Assembly: GCF_001194135.2 (NCBI RefSeq)
Contig: NC_068986.1
Coordinates: 256,542-320,541 of the forward strand
DNA from: Octopus bimaculoides
Lineage: Eukaryota
Reading direction: 5' to 3'
DNA length: 64,000 nt
A model generated the notes under the pieces. That model was not told the origin of the DNA, made no database searches, and saw nothing but the letters and a program-made list of their open reading frames with translations. The position numbers and the translations under genes are program-made. The first letter of the stretch is position 1; every line of letters starts with the position of its first letter. This document shows positions 1 through 12,984 of the stretch, in pieces.

Positions 1-789
1 TCGGCTGAAATTTTATTTGTGACTCTAATCAATGACCGTGGTTTCTGAAAATATGATGCAATCCTTGATAGATAAATAAAACTGGTCAACAAAACTTTTG
101 TCGCATTTATACTGACAATTGATATTACCTAATTTTAGTAAGCTGAATTGTAAGCTCTAAATTATTTGAATTTAAAGAATGTTTGTTTTATATTTTCCAA
201 ATTTCGAATATTTCCCGAGATATGATGTAATCCATCTGATAATTTTCTAGTTATACTATCTTCAAGCTAGGTACAAAAGAACAAATATCTATGCATTAAG
301 ATTCTAATTCTATTCCTATATACAAGTTAGCACACCAACCACAATAAGAATTAGGCTATAAAAATGATATTTCTTATTTCGATGTTGTGTAAAATAAATT
401 TTATCATGTGTCTTTTTTTTCACCATCTGTTTTCAGTTGAAAAAGTATATATTACTGGCAGAGATACCTGGCGTAGCTCGGGGATAAAATGGTATAGTCT
501 TTTATTGTTATATGTTAACAATAGCTTAATATTTGATCGCTAAATTAGTTTACCGACCATCGAAGAGGAGAAGGGCAAAACTGTCCTCAACGGTATTTGA
601 TCTCAGAACAAAAAATTGAAACAAATTGCCGCTTGGAATTTTGTTTGACAAACTAAAATTCTGATATTCCACCGCCCTCTTAGCAATGATTATTTCAAAT
701 AATGGTGATGGGTAATAAATGATTGAATATTTTATATCTAAAAACCACTATACGTGTACTTCCTCTCAGCATGCAGTATAATGAACCAT

Positions 790-943
790 ATACGGCGATG
801 TGAGTAGGAAATTCACTTCGTATTTACATGCTTTGGAGTTCGATTCCATTATGCGATACATTGAGAAAGTGTCTTTTGTCAGAATTGGAGATTGATCACC
901 GACTTAAAGCAATTTGAAAGACAGAAACCGTCATATACATATA

Positions 944-985
<42 letters not shown>

Positions 986-1150
986 TAGATAGATAGATAG
1001 ATAGATAGATCAGTTGCGATAGAACCGGCACATTGAGAACAATTGAATATGTACCAAAGTATTGAAGACGACATAAACAACTAAAGACTTGAAAGCATTG
1101 TCCCAGCATGGCTTCATTCTACTGAATGAAAAAAAGAAAAAGAAGTATAA
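790..1150 (+). mobile_element. Degenerate tRNA-derived composite SINE (family B) with central (TA)n/(GATA)n
   Basis: The 5' part (ggagttcgattcc...gtgtctttt...gaaaccgtc) resembles the copy at 50256-50411. The 3' part (gtcccagcatggc) resembles 46330-46510. Boundaries are approximate. Confidence 0.55.
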
Positions 1151-1374
1151 AAAATTTCATACTGAATCAGTCAAATTATAAAGTTTGTCTGATTACTAAT
1201 TAAAAGGTTTCTCAGTTCAAAATCCCATCTGTATATAAATTCGCAGAATCGATTAAATTGATAGAAATAACATGTCCAAGATAAATCAACCAATCATATC
1301 GGCTATCTTATAAAGAATATCACTGTAGCTTATTAGATGCTGGTTATAAACCTATTTCATATCGTGTTCTAACT

Positions 1375-2150
1375 TAGGTTACAAGGTCATTCATTTTGGG
1401 AAGTGGCATAATCACTTAAATCGACCACACTGTATTTGATTGGAATATACTTTTATCAACTCCCCAAAAAATGAATAGCATAATTATCGACATCTGCGTA
1501 ATTTGAAATCAGAACGTGGAGAGATATATTGTTTTCATCCTTCTTCCAATTCACGCATCATACGTACACGCAAAATATACTTGAATTCATCGGTTTATTA
1601 AAAATGGTACAATATCACTAGATAGTCACCACTCGAGATTTAGTGATGCTTTAGATAAAAGGTTAAAGTGACCACTTTTTTTGTTAATGAAAATCGTTAA
1701 AACGATGTCGAGAAATAACAGAAACACGCCTCCATTAGAAAACTATAGATCATGGAAAGTGGAATTTGTTGAAAATAATTACTATTTTACTGCTGTATGA
1801 ACTAATAATGTAACTGTTGCTGCCAGAATGCTATTAACTACAGCATATTTGTTTCACTTATATATGTAATGTGTATTTCAACATTATTACTTATTTGTCT
1901 TTTGCAGTATTCCAGATGGATAGAGCCCATTGCTTGACCTGTCGGAAGTATCAGTTGCATTAATCTTTTTTAGGGGGGAGGAAGGAAAAGCCTGTCATAT
2001 TGATTACAGTACTTGGCAATACTTTATTTAATCGACTTAAGGATAAAAGAAAAAGTAGGCCTCGGTGGAATTTGAACTAACATCTTAAGAGACCGCAACT
2101 AAATTTCACACAGTAGTTTTGTCCACTCTCAACGGTTCTGTCAATCCACA
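1375..2150 (-). mobile_element. Two degenerate family A SINE copies (~1375-1530 and ~1970-2150)
   Basis: Both contain decayed versions of the family A motif gtcgacctcggcggaatttgaactcagaacg. Confidence 0.5.
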
Positions 2151-2568
2151 AACTTCATTTTAGGACATGGGTTATATTTTTGAAGCTAATGAAATATGTG
2201 TCATCACTTCTTATCTAAAAACAGCTTTATTTTTTATGTAACAATCAACCAATGTATATTTTATTGCTCAATAGCAAAAGACTTAATGTAAGGGATAAGT
2301 TGCCGGATAATTTAATTGAACCTTTTTTACCTTTATTTCAGGACACAGGTATTACTGTATGGTCAAGACGTTTGCTTCACAACCACAGGATGCAGAACAT
2401 CTTGTAGTTTTAGTTCCTCTCCAGTTGTACAGATATCCAGCTAACTCTCACACATCGTAAAAAGACAGGGGAAACTGGAAACAACGAAGCTATTATTCAC
2501 ACAAAACAATGTGTTTTAGGAGATAAAATGTATTAAATTGGTGATGCATTTCAGAAAGAAATGGACGC

Positions 2569-3075
2569 GGATCTTATTTAAAACGGGGGCCACATTTTTC
2601 ATTAACGAAACACTTTGAAACTTGGAACACTGGTAGAATGTGTCATATAAAACATCTTTTTCTCTTAGTCTTCTTAAAAAAACAAGAAATCCCTAAGTTA
2701 TTCCATGTTAAATTTGTCGTATTTCTGTAATTTCAACCAATCACTGACGTCCATTCAGCCGATATACATTAAGTGCCGACTACATAAACAAACGATTCNN
2801 NNNNNNNNNNNNNNNNNNNNNCTATGGAAATTAAATACGCTTTACACCGCTTAAGCAGCCAAAGGAGTAAATATAAACAACTGAATACTTGTCAGTGATT
2901 GGTTGAAATTATCGAAATAAGACAATTTTTTACATGAAATAAATTCGAATACAAAAATATTTTTCTGTTCTATAACACAAAATAGATAAGTATACGAAGT
3001 TTGAAAGTCTTTCCGTACCAAAAACACTACGTAAAACATTAATGAAAAATGTGGCCCCCGTTTTAAAAAAGATCC
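2569..3075. mobile_element. Non-autonomous DNA transposon (MITE), 37-bp TIRs, 8-bp TSD; Merlin-like
   Basis: TIRs at 2569-2605 and 3039-3075 match at 36/37 and start with GGATC. The identical TSD ATGGACGC is at 2561-2568 and 3076-3083. There is an internal perfect 21-bp inverted pair at 2728-2748/2891-2911. The superfamily call is inferred from the GG termini plus 8-bp TSD. Confidence 0.85.
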
Positions 3076-3167
3076 ATGGACGCTATATTTCCATTTCCCT
3101 CCTCCTTTAAACTATTAGTTTATATCTAATGAGAAGAAACAAGCCGGACCTTCACCGTTTCTGTCAG

Positions 3168-4076
3168 AATTTTCTACACTGATGTAGTTTTGCAACTTAA
3201 TGACGAAAATCCTATTCAATTTTCATAGAAATTAATAGTAAAGAAGTTTTTAAAAACTTTGAGAGTGAAATTTTAGCCAACCGGAACTTTCATTATCGAC
3301 TTAACGGAAGTCGCAATTTCTGTGTTGACGAAGAAAATGAAAACATTTCGAAAGCTTGAAAGATTTTTTTTTTTAAGTAATGAAAATGAATTTATAGAAA
3401 GAAAATTAAAGTCATTACAACGAAGAAGCAATTTAATGAAATACAATGAAAATGTTTTATAACCTTTAAGTTTGGAAGGAAGAAGAAAACGTAATTAAAA
3501 GTCCTCACATGTGAGAAAGAAGAAAGAAAGAAAAGTCAATGCCAACGAAATTCTTCTTTGCACTCGAATAGTCATTCAAAGAGATTGCACTTTTAATAAA
3601 ATATATGTACTCTTACGCATTGAGTGCTATTTCTCCTGTTTGTTCCAACAAAACTGCACACGCACACACACACACACATTCTCATATACACTCACACGCA
3701 CACACACACTTAACTGAACATCAGCTGTCTTGACATTACCGATGAGAGTCTTCATATTATCCCATAGAATTTTCATTCTTGAAACGTCCATTTTGTTAAA
3801 TGAAAAAGAAATGTTTTTTTTTTTTTAAATGACAAATGATAATAAAAACATAGCTTGCTGCACTGATTGAAACACCTGGCTGAGAAAAAGAGGGAAAAAC
3901 AAGAAACAGAAGTTAAGCGGTTATTGCTGATGTTCTGAAAACAGAGAAGAGCAACACCCGGTTCTCGATAATGGAAGCTTTAGATGAGGTAACATTTCAA
4001 ACCTTCAAAAATTTGTAACTTTTTTCTATTATTTATTTCGTCATTAGCATGCAAAAATGCATCAGTGTAGAAAATT
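3168..4076. mobile_element. Inverted-repeat-bounded element, probably a non-autonomous DNA transposon
   Basis: There are ~42-bp imperfect inverted arms: aattttctacactgatg...taatgacgaaa (3168-3210) and tttcgtcatta...catcagtgtagaaaatt (4035-4076). The true ends and TSD are not resolved. Confidence 0.55.
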
Positions 4077-5189
4077 TGTTGTGACGGAGCTAAAAAAAAC
4101 CGTGCTAAGAAGTAAGAATTGCAGAGTCAATACACATAAATCTAAAATTGTGGAGAAGATTGAGTGTCAATGAGAAATTCCTACAAATTCTGTTAATACT
4201 ATTTTCATTGTCTGACTGAAGTGATTTTCTAGTCTCACAAAGAACATTACCAGATTACACAACACCTTTTAGTCTGAATAATTTGAGAAATAATGCAAAG
4301 GTCTTATATAGATGCAAAATCATAAGAAGTGGTTGTATGTTATGCTCACCCATTTTTGTATTCTTTTTTGAAAGATATTAGTGACGTGAGTCAAGAGATG
4401 TCCATTCTAGGAAAGACTGAAACTAACTGTGCAACTTGAAAGCTTACCTTTCATTCCTTAATTTTAAATAAGTTTGTCTTAGCCATTTGATAAATTGATT
4501 TCGATAAAATATGTACAAAACTTCATTAAGTACGGGGATCGAGGTAATTAAATAAAATCCTTGAAAAGAGAGTTTTATCAAGAGAGTAAATCAATGATTA
4601 AACCTAGCCAGTGAGTAGATGAATTAATAGAAGCATGCACTTTATCCACTATAGCGTACTGATAAAACATTCTTAGTGGAAAATGTCAATGCTGGTTTGT
4701 CACTCGCCTGTCAGGTGATGAGTCAGACATACATAAATACATACATACATATAAGCTGTATGCATGTACACACATACACACACACACAGACACGCACACG
4801 CACGCACACACATATATACACACATACATACAGCAGGTGAGAGGTGAGTATGCTCAGTGTAGGAAACGCATTGTAGTGCTCAAATGTATTTCAGCTTAAA
4901 CTCCTAATTCTTCGTCTAGAGCAAGACCCGCAGCGTCGAGGCCGACTGTAAGAGGAATCCAAATCGAGCTGCTATGGAGGTAGCAATGGAGATAAACACA
5001 TCTAAGCTTTATATCGATATATTCACATGCATCATCAAAATAGAATAAAATATGAAGACTATATGTAACTTCTTAGCTCAACAACTGTCCCCGGAAGCTC
5101 AGAGTTACATAAAAAATCATTATCTATATTATAACGGAGAAAGCTGCTTATTAATTATGTAACAATTACTAAAAGAAAGCAATTATTAA

Positions 5190-6740
5190 AGGCTTGTCCA
5201 TCTGGAAATTTTTTTATAAATTCATGTTCCAAGAAATTTCCTATAATTTCGATTTCTGGAGTTTATTGAATTTTTGAACTCCAATTTTTCACAAATTTAA
5301 ATGTTCGTTGCATTCACTGCGGAGTATTCCATTTTCATTTGCAAAGTCTTCACTCTCTATTTCAATGTTTTCATTTCAAGTTTAATTTTTTTTATATATA
5401 CCGGTGTAATGTCTGTAAAAAAATTAAGAAGTTATGGCTGTTTGTAACGCTATAAGCCTTACAATAATAACTATCCCGACCGATTTTAGCCATTTTTTAA
5501 AACTTAAAAACCATTGGAGGAGCCTTTTCGGTAAACAAAAAAAAAAAAGAAAAAATTGTAAATATTTTCAGACGAAAGGGTGAACAATTCAAAGGAGGTT
5601 TGGCTGTTGCTTCTAGCGCAACCCAACCACCCTCTGCTTTCACTCTCGCATGTAATGATGTTTTTTTTTCTCAATATTTTTCGGCCATGAAACACATTTT
5701 ATGAAATGATGATACCGAAGTACACGTAGTCAATTAGTAGACTGCAAGCAAAAAAAAAAAAAAAAATTTAAAAATTGTAATCTAAATTTTTTACCCCCAC
5801 CTCAATCAACCGAAGTCATGTGTAAGAAAAAAAATTCTAGCAGAAAAGTATGACATTAAAATGAATTATCGTTCACTTAACTGGTTTTTTAAATCACTGC
5901 GGATAAATGCCAGCAATGACCTTCTCAGGTTCTCCAGTATTTTAATTATAAGAAGAAACAATAGGGGGCTGAAAGTGGGGTTGCAAGAAATATCCTAATT
6001 TTTCAAAATTTTGTTTTTTTATAGCATTTATATGTATTTATAGGGAAAAAATATTGAAAAATACATGCGAGAGTGATAAAGGAACGAGGAGAGTTGTCGT
6101 GGGATGTGCTAGAAACAACAGCCAAATCTCCCTTAAATCACACTTCCCTCTGAAAATATTAACAATTAAAAAGCATTTTCTACCAAAAAGGCTTCTCCCA
6201 TGGTTTTGAAGTGCAAAACAAAAAGGCCAAAATAGGTCCGGAGTGGGATGATGAACGAGGGGAGGGTGTAAAAAAATCTCAAAATATTTTTCATACAAAG
6301 ATACCCCATCCCATCCTTTCAAAACTGTGTTTTAAAAAATGAGGAAAATCCCCGTCAAAACAGAGTAGCTCTAACTTATTTGGTTATCCTGATCCGAAAC
6401 TCCGTTTTACAGAAACTCCTCTCCCCACCCCCTCGGAAACATTTTCCTGACAAATTTCTTTATAATTGTAATCTATGCCGCTTGAAAGGTATTTGTATAA
6501 ACTTTCACAAATTGAGACCCATTTTCCTGAAAGTTATGAGGGGAAAAAATCGGATCATGTGAATTTTCCGAAATTCTCTTCACCCCCTCTCAAAAATTGT
6601 TTCCCATAAATCCCTATATACTATGAAACCACCATACCTAAAGCAGTATTTGTAGACAATTTCGTTATAAAGCATCCATACTTCTTGATATTATGAGGAA
6701 ACAAAGTCGGGCACATATACATCTGTGGTTATGCCCGTTT
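5190..6740. mobile_element. Unclassified DNA-transposon/Helentron-like fossil
   Basis: The texture is typical of non-autonomous DNA elements (G/C runs, aagttatg motifs). No TIR, TSD or ORF was established. Confidence 0.25.
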
Positions 6741-6804
6741 GTTTATACGATTTTTTCATTTCATCTTTATTTCATTCATTGTTTGCAATGTTCTCTCATC
6801 CTCT

Positions 6805-6856
<52 letters not shown>

Positions 6857-8186
6857 GTCACACACACACACTGCAAAGCTAACAGATAAGCTGCTGAATT
6901 GAAATTGCTATGTTGCTTTGAGGGGAAGGTAAAACATGACCAACTGCTTCCTCCTCCGTATTTGGACTTCCTTGATGTTTGTTTAAAAAACAGAGATTAT
7001 GACTGCGATAAAATAATGGAAGCAATATTTACTAAGCAAGTGAGCACTATTATACAAAGGAGACGTAAAATGTAAAAAAAAATATTAGAATTGGAATCAA
7101 ATGTCAAAATATTATCAAGCGATTAGCAGAAAACTGCTCGGAAGGTGGTCTTTCTGCTAGTAATCATAATTTGAAGATGAAATGTGTCAAAAGTCATGGA
7201 TATGTAACCGGTAACCAGTCAAAAGAAGATATCACAATGAGTCCTCTCATCAAAAGAAGAATGGCAAATGCAGTTCATATAATAATGTTAGAAAAAATAA
7301 AAGGTTGAATGGAATATATTGTAATATATTCATATGACTGCTTACCGCCTAAATACCCATTACCATTGGCACATTTCATCCGTAAATTATAATTATTATG
7401 ATTATTACGTAACTCTGAGCTTCCTGAAATAGTTGTTAAGAAATCACTTATTTTTCTTCATATTTTATTCTGCATTTTTTGTACTCTATATAAATATCTT
7501 TATCTGAAGCCTAATCTCCATTATTACTTCTCATATACATACATACATACCTACATACATACATACACACAAGCCCACACACTTTGAAGGAGAGTATAGG
7601 GGTTTATATAGACTCCCATTACATACACATGACCGGTACCTTAATGATCGTCCTTGTAAAGGTGTGCCCTAAATTTAACCATATCAGCATTCGAAGTCAT
7701 ATTACTGGAATGACAAAGAACTTTGTCTTAAAGTCTACCGATTCCGGCGATGGAAAGTAATATCGTTACTTTTCTCTTTAAAATTAATAGCAAAAAAAAA
7801 AATCCACTTTAATTGTGATATCCATATCAAGTAGTAATCCATTTCACGTCGAGTGATATTATCATTAAAATCAATCCATTATCTTGAAAGAAACGAAGCT
7901 CAGCATATATGCAAAAAAAAAAAAAAGAAACAAAAAAAGAAACAATCTTATATGCGTGATGATAAAATAAAAGGTAATTCTAAAAGGAAAGCATTTCAGA
8001 CTGGTAACCACTTTTTCCTTTATTGCACAATAAAGAACATTATGATGGGCTTTCAAATCCTCGAATAATGTTCATGGTAATTCGGTGTTATTTTATTATT
8101 CGGTTTTGCACTAGTTTGGTGTTTATCACATTTAAAATACATTGAAGTCTTTTTTTCCTTATTTTTTTCTGACTTTGTAAACATAG

Positions 8187-8235
8187 AGACACGAGAAGTT
8201 ATGCAAATGTAGTGTCCAACAATTCTGTATATGAC
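8187..8235 (+). CDS. Candidate short internal exon (DTRSYANVVSNNSVYD)
   Basis: A long pyrimidine tract ends in acatag, followed by 49 nt with only one open frame and a GTAAGT donor at 8236. No homology was recognised. Confidence 0.4.
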
Positions 8236-11200
8236 GTAAGTTTTCTTATAAATTTCTTTGGATTTTACGATGCTTACTTTATAGAACTTTGGAGAAATTA
8301 TGATATTAATGAAACTGGTAAGAAGTTTGAACTACAGATGAAATAATGCAAAAAGAGGTGAGATATTATCAACGCACTGAAGTAAGGAAATACAAGAAAA
8401 AACACACACACACACACACTGCGCGAAATAATGAACAAAACTGCTGCTGTAATTCCATAAAAATTCGGCCATTGATAATTAATATTTTTAAGTAATTACT
8501 TCAGTTACTCTTATTTAGCACTTTGAACAAACTTGATCATTATTACTGCCTTATTAATAACTCTCAGCAAACGAGTGCCTGTCTCTATTCTATTCGGGTT
8601 TCCACATATTTAACACCTTTCAGACAATCAACTTTTGACACCCATACTAATATTCTAATGACGATATAGTAATTCCAGTCCATTTCAGTATTCACTTGTT
8701 CTAACCACTATGAGAGATAAACTGTAAAGCAAATTATTACTGAATGTTGTTAACAATTGTGTTAAAATATAAAGGTTATACTTGAAAGTACAGCATTCAT
8801 TTCTACATTTCGTGTATATTTCTCTTCTCTCGTATTTTGGAAGAACCTACATAAAGTTCAATGCAAAACGCCGCATGTTATATGGGTAGTCAGATAAACC
8901 TGTTTTATATGGAAAGTAACTGAAAATCGCTCAGAAAATAATTGATTCCAATAAACTTATTACAAAGAAGCTTATGTCACAGTAACTTGATCAAGTTTTC
9001 ATTGGGATCTCATAGATCTTAAGTTTACCGAATCGGAGTCTTAGTAAGGTCAATAAGTTAAAATTTTCTTATATCACTTTCAAATTCATAAAGATTTGCT
9101 TCTTTAACTACTTTCAAACATTGCATTCTGTTAAAATTATATTACTTTCTGCAATATCTACAAATAGATAAAACACGGATGGCTTTGAGGAAGGTAGTGA
9201 ATATTACTTTATATAAATTCCACATTAATGCCATCACCGTTGGACGTTTTCCAATTCCTGCATATCTCATTTATTTCTTGTAAGAATGACTTCATGAAAC
9301 ACGTTTTCAGATTTTTCTTTTCAACTGAAAATAGTAACCAGAACAGTCATTCAGTTTTGTGTAATATGTATTCTGTGAATATCTCCAATAAAATGAATGT
9401 CTTAATTTCTTTTTACATTCATTTACGCAATCAATACAAAATTGTATGAGCCATGCTAGGTTTCATCTTCGAAGACAATATAAGCAATTAGTACAGCAAA
9501 TAAGTTTGCAATGATCCAAAAATCTCCCCCAAACACTATTCCTGTTAGATGACAGGTAAAGTACCTTGCATACTTAGCTACGTTTTGAGTTCTAATTCTA
9601 TCAAAGTAGAGTTATTTGCGCTAATACGGGAGTCAATATAAATGATTGCTTCCTCCCCAAAATGTGTGGCTGTGTTCCTACGCTAGAAATAAATTTTGAA
9701 CGAGAAAATGAATAAAGTGTAACATGAATGAAAGCGAACGTTGGCGGCCAGAAGGGTATCGAGCCAGTAACTTTTCTCGAACATACACTGTAGTTTACTA
9801 CTAGGCATTGTCATAATTCAATCTAATTCGCAGACTATTGGTTGTTTACTACATTATCACGCAGAGTACACATACATGCATAGTGATAACTGTAAGTCAT
9901 GCAGTTCTGTAATATAGATTACAATGAGTTTATAACATTTGTTAAAATACACATCGTTACTTAAGAGAATACCGCCCTTTTTTGCAAACTGCAATCTCCA
10001 GTAATTTGTTCCCCTTCCAGCATTTCTTTCATTTGCGAGCAGAACATCGGAATTGTCTAAAGATAAAAATTACAATTACTTTGGAAGTATTTTGCAGAAG
10101 AAATGGAAAACAATTTCAGCATTGAATGCAAATAAAAATTATCGAAAATACTTTTAGAAACGGTTTTGATTCAGACGTGGAATCATTTCTGCAGTAAGAA
10201 TCTGCATAGTTGTCAAGTTGATAATTATTCAAGTGAATGAAATTAACTTTTTACCAATTAACTGATTGAGTAGCTTTCAACACAACGTAGCCTGCTGATT
10301 TGTAACAGATAGTCAGTAGGAATAGAACGAAGGAGAGAAATCCTTATGAAATTCTATTCATCAATCAGATAACAGACTTATTTTAGATATTTTCTTATTA
10401 ACACTCAAGATACGATGTTAGATATAGTATCCATATCCACATGTGCATTCGGACTCACTCGCACACAGATATTTCCACACACACACACACACACACACAC
10501 AGAAATGTACGCATACACACAGAAATGTACGCATACACACAGAGATTATTTAGATTACATTTCAAGGATGTCAACGAAAAGCGAAAGTCCAGTGCACAGA
10601 TAGCAAAGCGAATAGTTATTGTCAGTGTGCTTTGCTGTGAATGATGAGTAACGTCATCGCCTTCGGCAGCGGCAACTATTTCAAGTTTCTCAGTAATTTA
10701 TTTCTTCTATTTCATTTGTCATTTAGCGTTAGATGTTTCTGACGACTGCGAAAACCGAAGCTTGCATGGGTAATGTGATCGTATAAGTTGAATTTGTTAT
10801 ACAGTATTGGACATGATTGCACTTGATTATTGCTTGGTATCCATTTCATAGGGTTGACACAGCAACAACTTAGTGGACAACGGATCTGGTTTGTTGTTTT
10901 AAATTGTTTCCTTTTTCTGAAGGCACAGTGGGATAGACTTCCAAAAGTAACACAGCCAACACGAATTTCATTTTCGACAAATTTCTCGGAGATACATTGT
11001 ATTGAAAAACATTTTCCAAAGTAGGTGACATTATCTTCTTGTTCCATAGCGTTGTTCAAGATGGCGGTGTTGAAATCTGGAAAAGTTGTCCGATAAGTAG
11101 ATTGTGCGAGCAGTTTTGTTCTGATGATGATGATGGTCGTTTCAATGTGATCGAATACGTTCTGAAAGTTAACTTATTGCGTTTTCTAATGTGTATGTGC

Positions 11201-11400
11201 TAGAGACGTATTCCCTTTCGCATTTACAATTCAGTAATATGGATAATGTCAGTCATTGTGAGCAGAGTTCGGACAGGTTGAAAATTTATACATCATAGCG
11301 ATACTCGATTGACATTACTGTGTTGCTGATTCGTAATAGTTCATGGTACATGACTTCCAAGAATGCTGGAGCAACAACAATAATAATCCTTTTTATTATA

Positions 11401-11604
11401 GGCACAAGGCCTGAAAATGTTGGGGATGGGGATAGTCGATTGGGGAGGGGGATAGTCGATTACATCGACTCCAGTATTTCACTGGTAATTAATTTATCGA
11501 CCCCGAAAGGATGAAAGGCAGAATTTCAACTCAGAACGTAGCGACGGGCAAAATACCGCTAAGCATTTCGCCCAGCGTGATAACGATTCTGCCAGCTCGC
11601 CGCT

Positions 11605-11605
<1 letters not shown>
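11401..11605 (-). mobile_element. tRNA-derived SINE family A, near full length
   Basis: The minus strand reads gcggcgagctggcagaatcgtta...ttcatcctttcggggtcgataaa...gtcgatgtaatcgac...ggccttgtgcc. The body resembles the Meta/MESC-type central domain, from memory. Confidence 0.85.
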
Positions 11606-11606
<1 letters not shown>

Positions 11607-11650
<44 letters not shown>

Positions 11651-11729
11651 GNNNNNNNNNNAAGAAGAAGAAGAAGAAGAAGAAGAAGAAGAAGAAGAAG
11701 AAGAAGAAGAAGAAGAAGAAGAAGAAGAA
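11607..11729. repeat. (AAT)n - 10 N - (GAA)n microsatellite
   Basis: Read directly from the sequence. Confidence 0.95.
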
Positions 11730-11732
11730 CAA

Positions 11733-12249
11733 TGTGTCAAAACCTACCAAAAGCTGAGCAAGTAGTAATACCTTGAAATAGAAATTGGCAAAATGTGGAA
11801 CCTGAAGACCAAAACTACATGTCGTCATAGGTGCCTTAGGAATGATAGTAAAAGGGGTCGATTGCTACCTATCTCAGATACCAGGAAACCCCAAAATGGA
11901 AGAAATTCAAAAGATAGTGCTCATGGTAACTGCTCATATCTTACAAAAAATATTGTCTATGTAATCACAAAACCTTTTTATATTTTGAAGACATTGTCAA
12001 AATTACTCTTAAATGTACATAAGAGCAAATATCTTTTACAGCCACCTTACCGTCATCTTATAAACAAATTACTTTTAAAACAAACATCTAGTTTTATTAT
12101 GTTTTGACAGACATTCTCTAAAACAATACAGTGTGCAAAACCAAAAATATGGTAGCCTAGTCATAACACCAACTTGAACTTCTAACTTGTTGTCTCTGGG
12201 TGAGACTGGGAAACAACTTGTACAAATACAAACCAAAAACCAAACATAT
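11733..12249 (+). mobile_element. 5'-truncated R4/Dong-clade non-LTR retrotransposon 3' end (copy A), with RLE C-terminus and 3' UTR
   Basis: It encodes a decayed KTYQKLSK...EIEIGKMWNLKTK...VIGALG...KILSM* (stop 11962-11964), homologous to copy C. A (TAA)n tail follows. Confidence 0.85.
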
Positions 12250-12250
12250 G

Positions 12251-12296
<46 letters not shown>

Positions 12297-12327
12297 TAAT
12301 AATGATAATAATAATGATAATAATAAC

Positions 12328-12807
12328 GACCACAAACCCGAAGGCATCATCGAAAATGATAATGCTAAGATCCTGTGGTATTTTATGATTTAGTTTGACC
12401 ATGAGATAGAGAATAGGAAACCAGACATAGCCTTAATTGAGAAATAAAACAAACTATACTGGATCATAGATATAGCATGCCCAGCTGACAACAAGGTATG
12501 CGATAAGGAAGAAAGAAAAGTCGAGAGATATGACAGATTAGCTTGGTAGCTTAAGCAGTTGTGGTCGATGACAAAGGTGGTTGTAGTACCAGTAATTGTC
12601 GGAGCCTTGGAAACAGTGAGTAAAAATCTTGAGAAGTACATGGAACAAATAGAGGATGCAATAAGGGTAGAGCACTTGCAGAAAACAGCACTGCTTGGAA
12701 CCGCTCGAATACTCTGGTGCTCGAAAAATAAGAGGCGTTACTTTGGTTCACTGGTAGCGAACAGCTGACATCGTAGTACATCTCCAGCGTTAGAAGCTGT
12801 GCAAAGA
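12328..12807 (+). mobile_element. R4/Dong-clade RLE domain remnant, second family (copy B)
   Basis: It reads DHKPEGIIENDNAKILW...RKPDI...IIDIACPAD...VPVIVGALETV...LQKTALLGTARIL with several stops, and has (TAA)n on both sides. Confidence 0.85.
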
Positions 12808-12814
12808 CAACAAC

Positions 12815-12878
<64 letters not shown>

Positions 12879-12881
12879 TTA

Positions 12882-12916
<35 letters not shown>

Positions 12917-12984
12917 CATTATTATTATTATTATTATTTTCATTATCGTCATCATTATCATCATCATTATTATTATTATTATTT
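12808..12984. repeat. (AAT)n switching to (ATT)n: convergent retroelement tails
   Basis: Read directly; the strand switch is near 12878-12882. Confidence 0.9.

Noticed and set aside
436-505. Exon candidate or Helitron-terminus-like motif tactggcagagatacctggcgtagctcggg
   Set aside because: The donor is weak and the segment too short to classify; either reading is unsupported.
10497-10540. 20-bp direct repeat cacacagaaatgtacgcata x2 (also 14-bp period at ~26446-26471)
   Set aside because: These are simple local slippage duplications with no spacers, so not CRISPR-like.
11531-12402. Poly-Ser/Leu/Ile/Asn/Glu ORFs (also 12876-13061, 14448-15020, 30227-30537, 41815-42165)
   Set aside because: They are translations of (TAA)n, (GAA)n, (ATC)n, (CA)n and (GA)n tracts.
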